A stretch of DNA of 64,000 nucleotides from Piromyces finnis finn. Lineage: Eukaryota > Fungi > Neocallimastigomycota. The notes beneath the pieces were generated by a model. The model saw nothing but the letters and a program-made list of their open reading frames with translations. It did no database searches and was not told the origin of the DNA. Position numbers and translations under genes: made by a program. The stretch is from NCBI GenBank assembly GCA_002104945.1, contig MCFH01000010.1:806001-870000 (forward strand), given 5' to 3'. This document shows, one piece after another, positions 62,451 through 64,000 of the stretch. The first letter of the stretch is position 1. Each line of letters opens with the position of its first letter.

Positions 62451-64000
62451 TTATGAACTTTGGAAAAAATTCATTAGTTTAATACTTTTTGATTTAATAG
62501 TATCTACTTGTTTTCCATCAACTTGATTATTTCTTAATGATTTTATTGAAATTGGAACATCCATAGTTAATTTTTGATTCATTAATTTCTTATTTAATAC
62601 TTTTTGATACAATTCTACACGATCTGAAAAATTCTTTAATGATGCATTTGTTTTTATCGAATTTTGATTTTTCTCAACATTATGAATAGATTTAATATTT
62701 AATGCCTCTTGATGATTAACATCTCTAATACATTTTGCTAGGGTAGAAGTCTGCAAACGCTCCTTCTTCAAATGATCTTCTAAATCCTTAGATTTATTAA
62801 TAAGAATATTGATTTCCCTATTTTTTTCCATTTCTAATTTTTTATTTTCATTCTTCCAATATTCTTCTCTTTCTCTTTGTTTCTTTTCAATTAATTTTAT
62901 AGATTTCTCTAAATTCTTGTTATTTTCTTCTAAAGCTTTTGAGTCTTTTTGAAGTAATTTAACAGATTTAGTCATAATTTCCAAGTTATTCTTTAAAGAA
63001 TCTTTTTCCATATATAATTCATTACATTTTTCTTTAAGTTCTCTTTCTATTTCATCACTTGCTTTTTTAACCATTTCTATCTTGTTATTGGATTCTTCTT
63101 CGGATTTTTCTTTTAATAATACTATTTTTTCTTCATAATCGACTCGAACCTTTTCAAGATATTCTATATCTTTTTCATGTTGTTTCATGAATTCCTTATT
63201 TTCTTCTTCTAATCTTTCCTTTTCTTTATTTAATTCGTCATTTTCTTTTTCACGTATATCAATAACATCCCAAAGACCTTTTACTTCTTTGGCGCTATTA
63301 ACACTTTTAGCTTTATATTTTTCAACTCTTTTCTTTACCTTGCGGTATAATTCTTCAGTTTGTTCAACTTCACCTTGTAAATTTTCAATTTGTTCTTCAT
63401 TATCTTTAATTATATCCTTCATTTTTCTGAATTCTTTTCTGAATTGACTATGTTCTTCATTTAATTTTCTCTTTTGAGTATTTACTTCTTCATTTAATTT
63501 ATCAATAGTTTTTCTTAAGCTACTGATACGATCATTTGAAAACATCAAGGCTTCATCCTTTCTTTTAATAATATTTCTCAATACTTCTAAATCTTCTTCA
63601 TTTTTCTTTTTGCCTTCACTTACACTAGCTCTAATTTCAAAAGCTAAATTTTTAAATGTTTTATTTTGAGCTTGTAAATTAGAAAATTTATCATTCATAT
63701 CTCTAATTATACTTTCCTTTTCATTTAATTTTAATTTTAACTCTTCAATAAGAGTGTCTTTAGAATCTAAAGTCTCTTTTAATTCTTGAATGGTTTGGCA
63801 ATTCTTTTCGTTTATTACAGTTGATTTTGTGTATATATCTTTGAAATATATAACTTGCTTTTGAACATCTTCCATAGAATCTATTGTTTCTTGTTCATCT
63901 TGGGATAATCCTTTGAAAAGGTCATCTAATGAATTACGATATATTTGATTTTGTTCTTGTACTTCATCAATAAATTCATCACGTATTTTAATTTCTTCTT
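62451..64000 (-). CDS. Coiled-coil protein, 5' part outside the window
   Basis: The frame stays open to the window edge (more than 474 aa, E/K-rich heptads). No recognisable domain. Confidence 0.8.
   Translation of the reverse strand, partial: EEIKIRDEFIDEVQEQNQIYRNSLDDLFKGLSQDEQETIDSMEDVQKQVIYFKDIYTKSTVINEKNCQTIQELKETLDSKDTLIEELKLKLNEKESIIRDMNDKFSNLQAQNKTFKNLAFEIRASVSEGKKKNEEDLEVLRNIIKRKDEALMFSNDRISSLRKTIDKLNEEVNTQKRKLNEEHSQFRKEFRKMKDIIKDNEEQIENLQGEVEQTEELYRKVKKRVEKYKAKSVNSAKEVKGLWDVIDIREKENDELNKEKERLEEENKEFMKQHEKDIEYLEKVRVDYEEKIVLLKEKSEEESNNKIEMVKKASDEIERELKEKCNELYMEKDSLKNNLEIMTKSVKLLQKDSKALEENNKNLEKSIKLIEKKQREREEYWKNENKKLEMEKNREINILINKSKDLEDHLKKERLQTSTLAKCIRDVNHQEALNIKSIHNVEKNQNSIKTNASLKNFSDRVELYQKVLNKKLMNQKLTMDVPISIKSLRNNQVDGKQVDTIKSKSIKLMNFFQSS

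Overview
An extremely AT-rich, intron-dense eukaryotic window. Composition, short AT-rich introns and a ciliary tubulin glutamylase point to a flagellated early-diverging fungus, most likely an anaerobic gut fungus (Neocallimastigomycota; inferred). Spliced genes assembled by hand: an HR1-like/Q-rich gene (partial), 40S ribosomal protein uS2/RPS0, valyl-tRNA synthetase, an STK32/YANK-type AGC kinase, tubulin polyglutamylase TTLL9, N-acetyltransferase NAA10/ARD1, a 1884-aa single-TM disordered protein, a 57-aa stand-alone RING protein missed by the ORF track, synaptobrevin/VAMP, a SAPS/PP6R-like protein and two long coiled-coil proteins. Six non-LTR retroelement insertions are visible, five with target-site duplications (TSDs): one decayed LINE (family A), two 5'-truncated tails of a second LINE family (B; one nested in the family A copy) and three copies of a non-coding SINE-like element. 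The most notable observations are (1) an AT-AC, U12-type (minor spliceosome) intron in TTLL9, (2) a 44-nt two-hairpin motif shared by the SINE-like element and the LINE A ORF2 3' end, where all substitutions are unpaired or compensatory, and (3) the RING-only microprotein. No database searches were run; gene names rest on recognised motifs.
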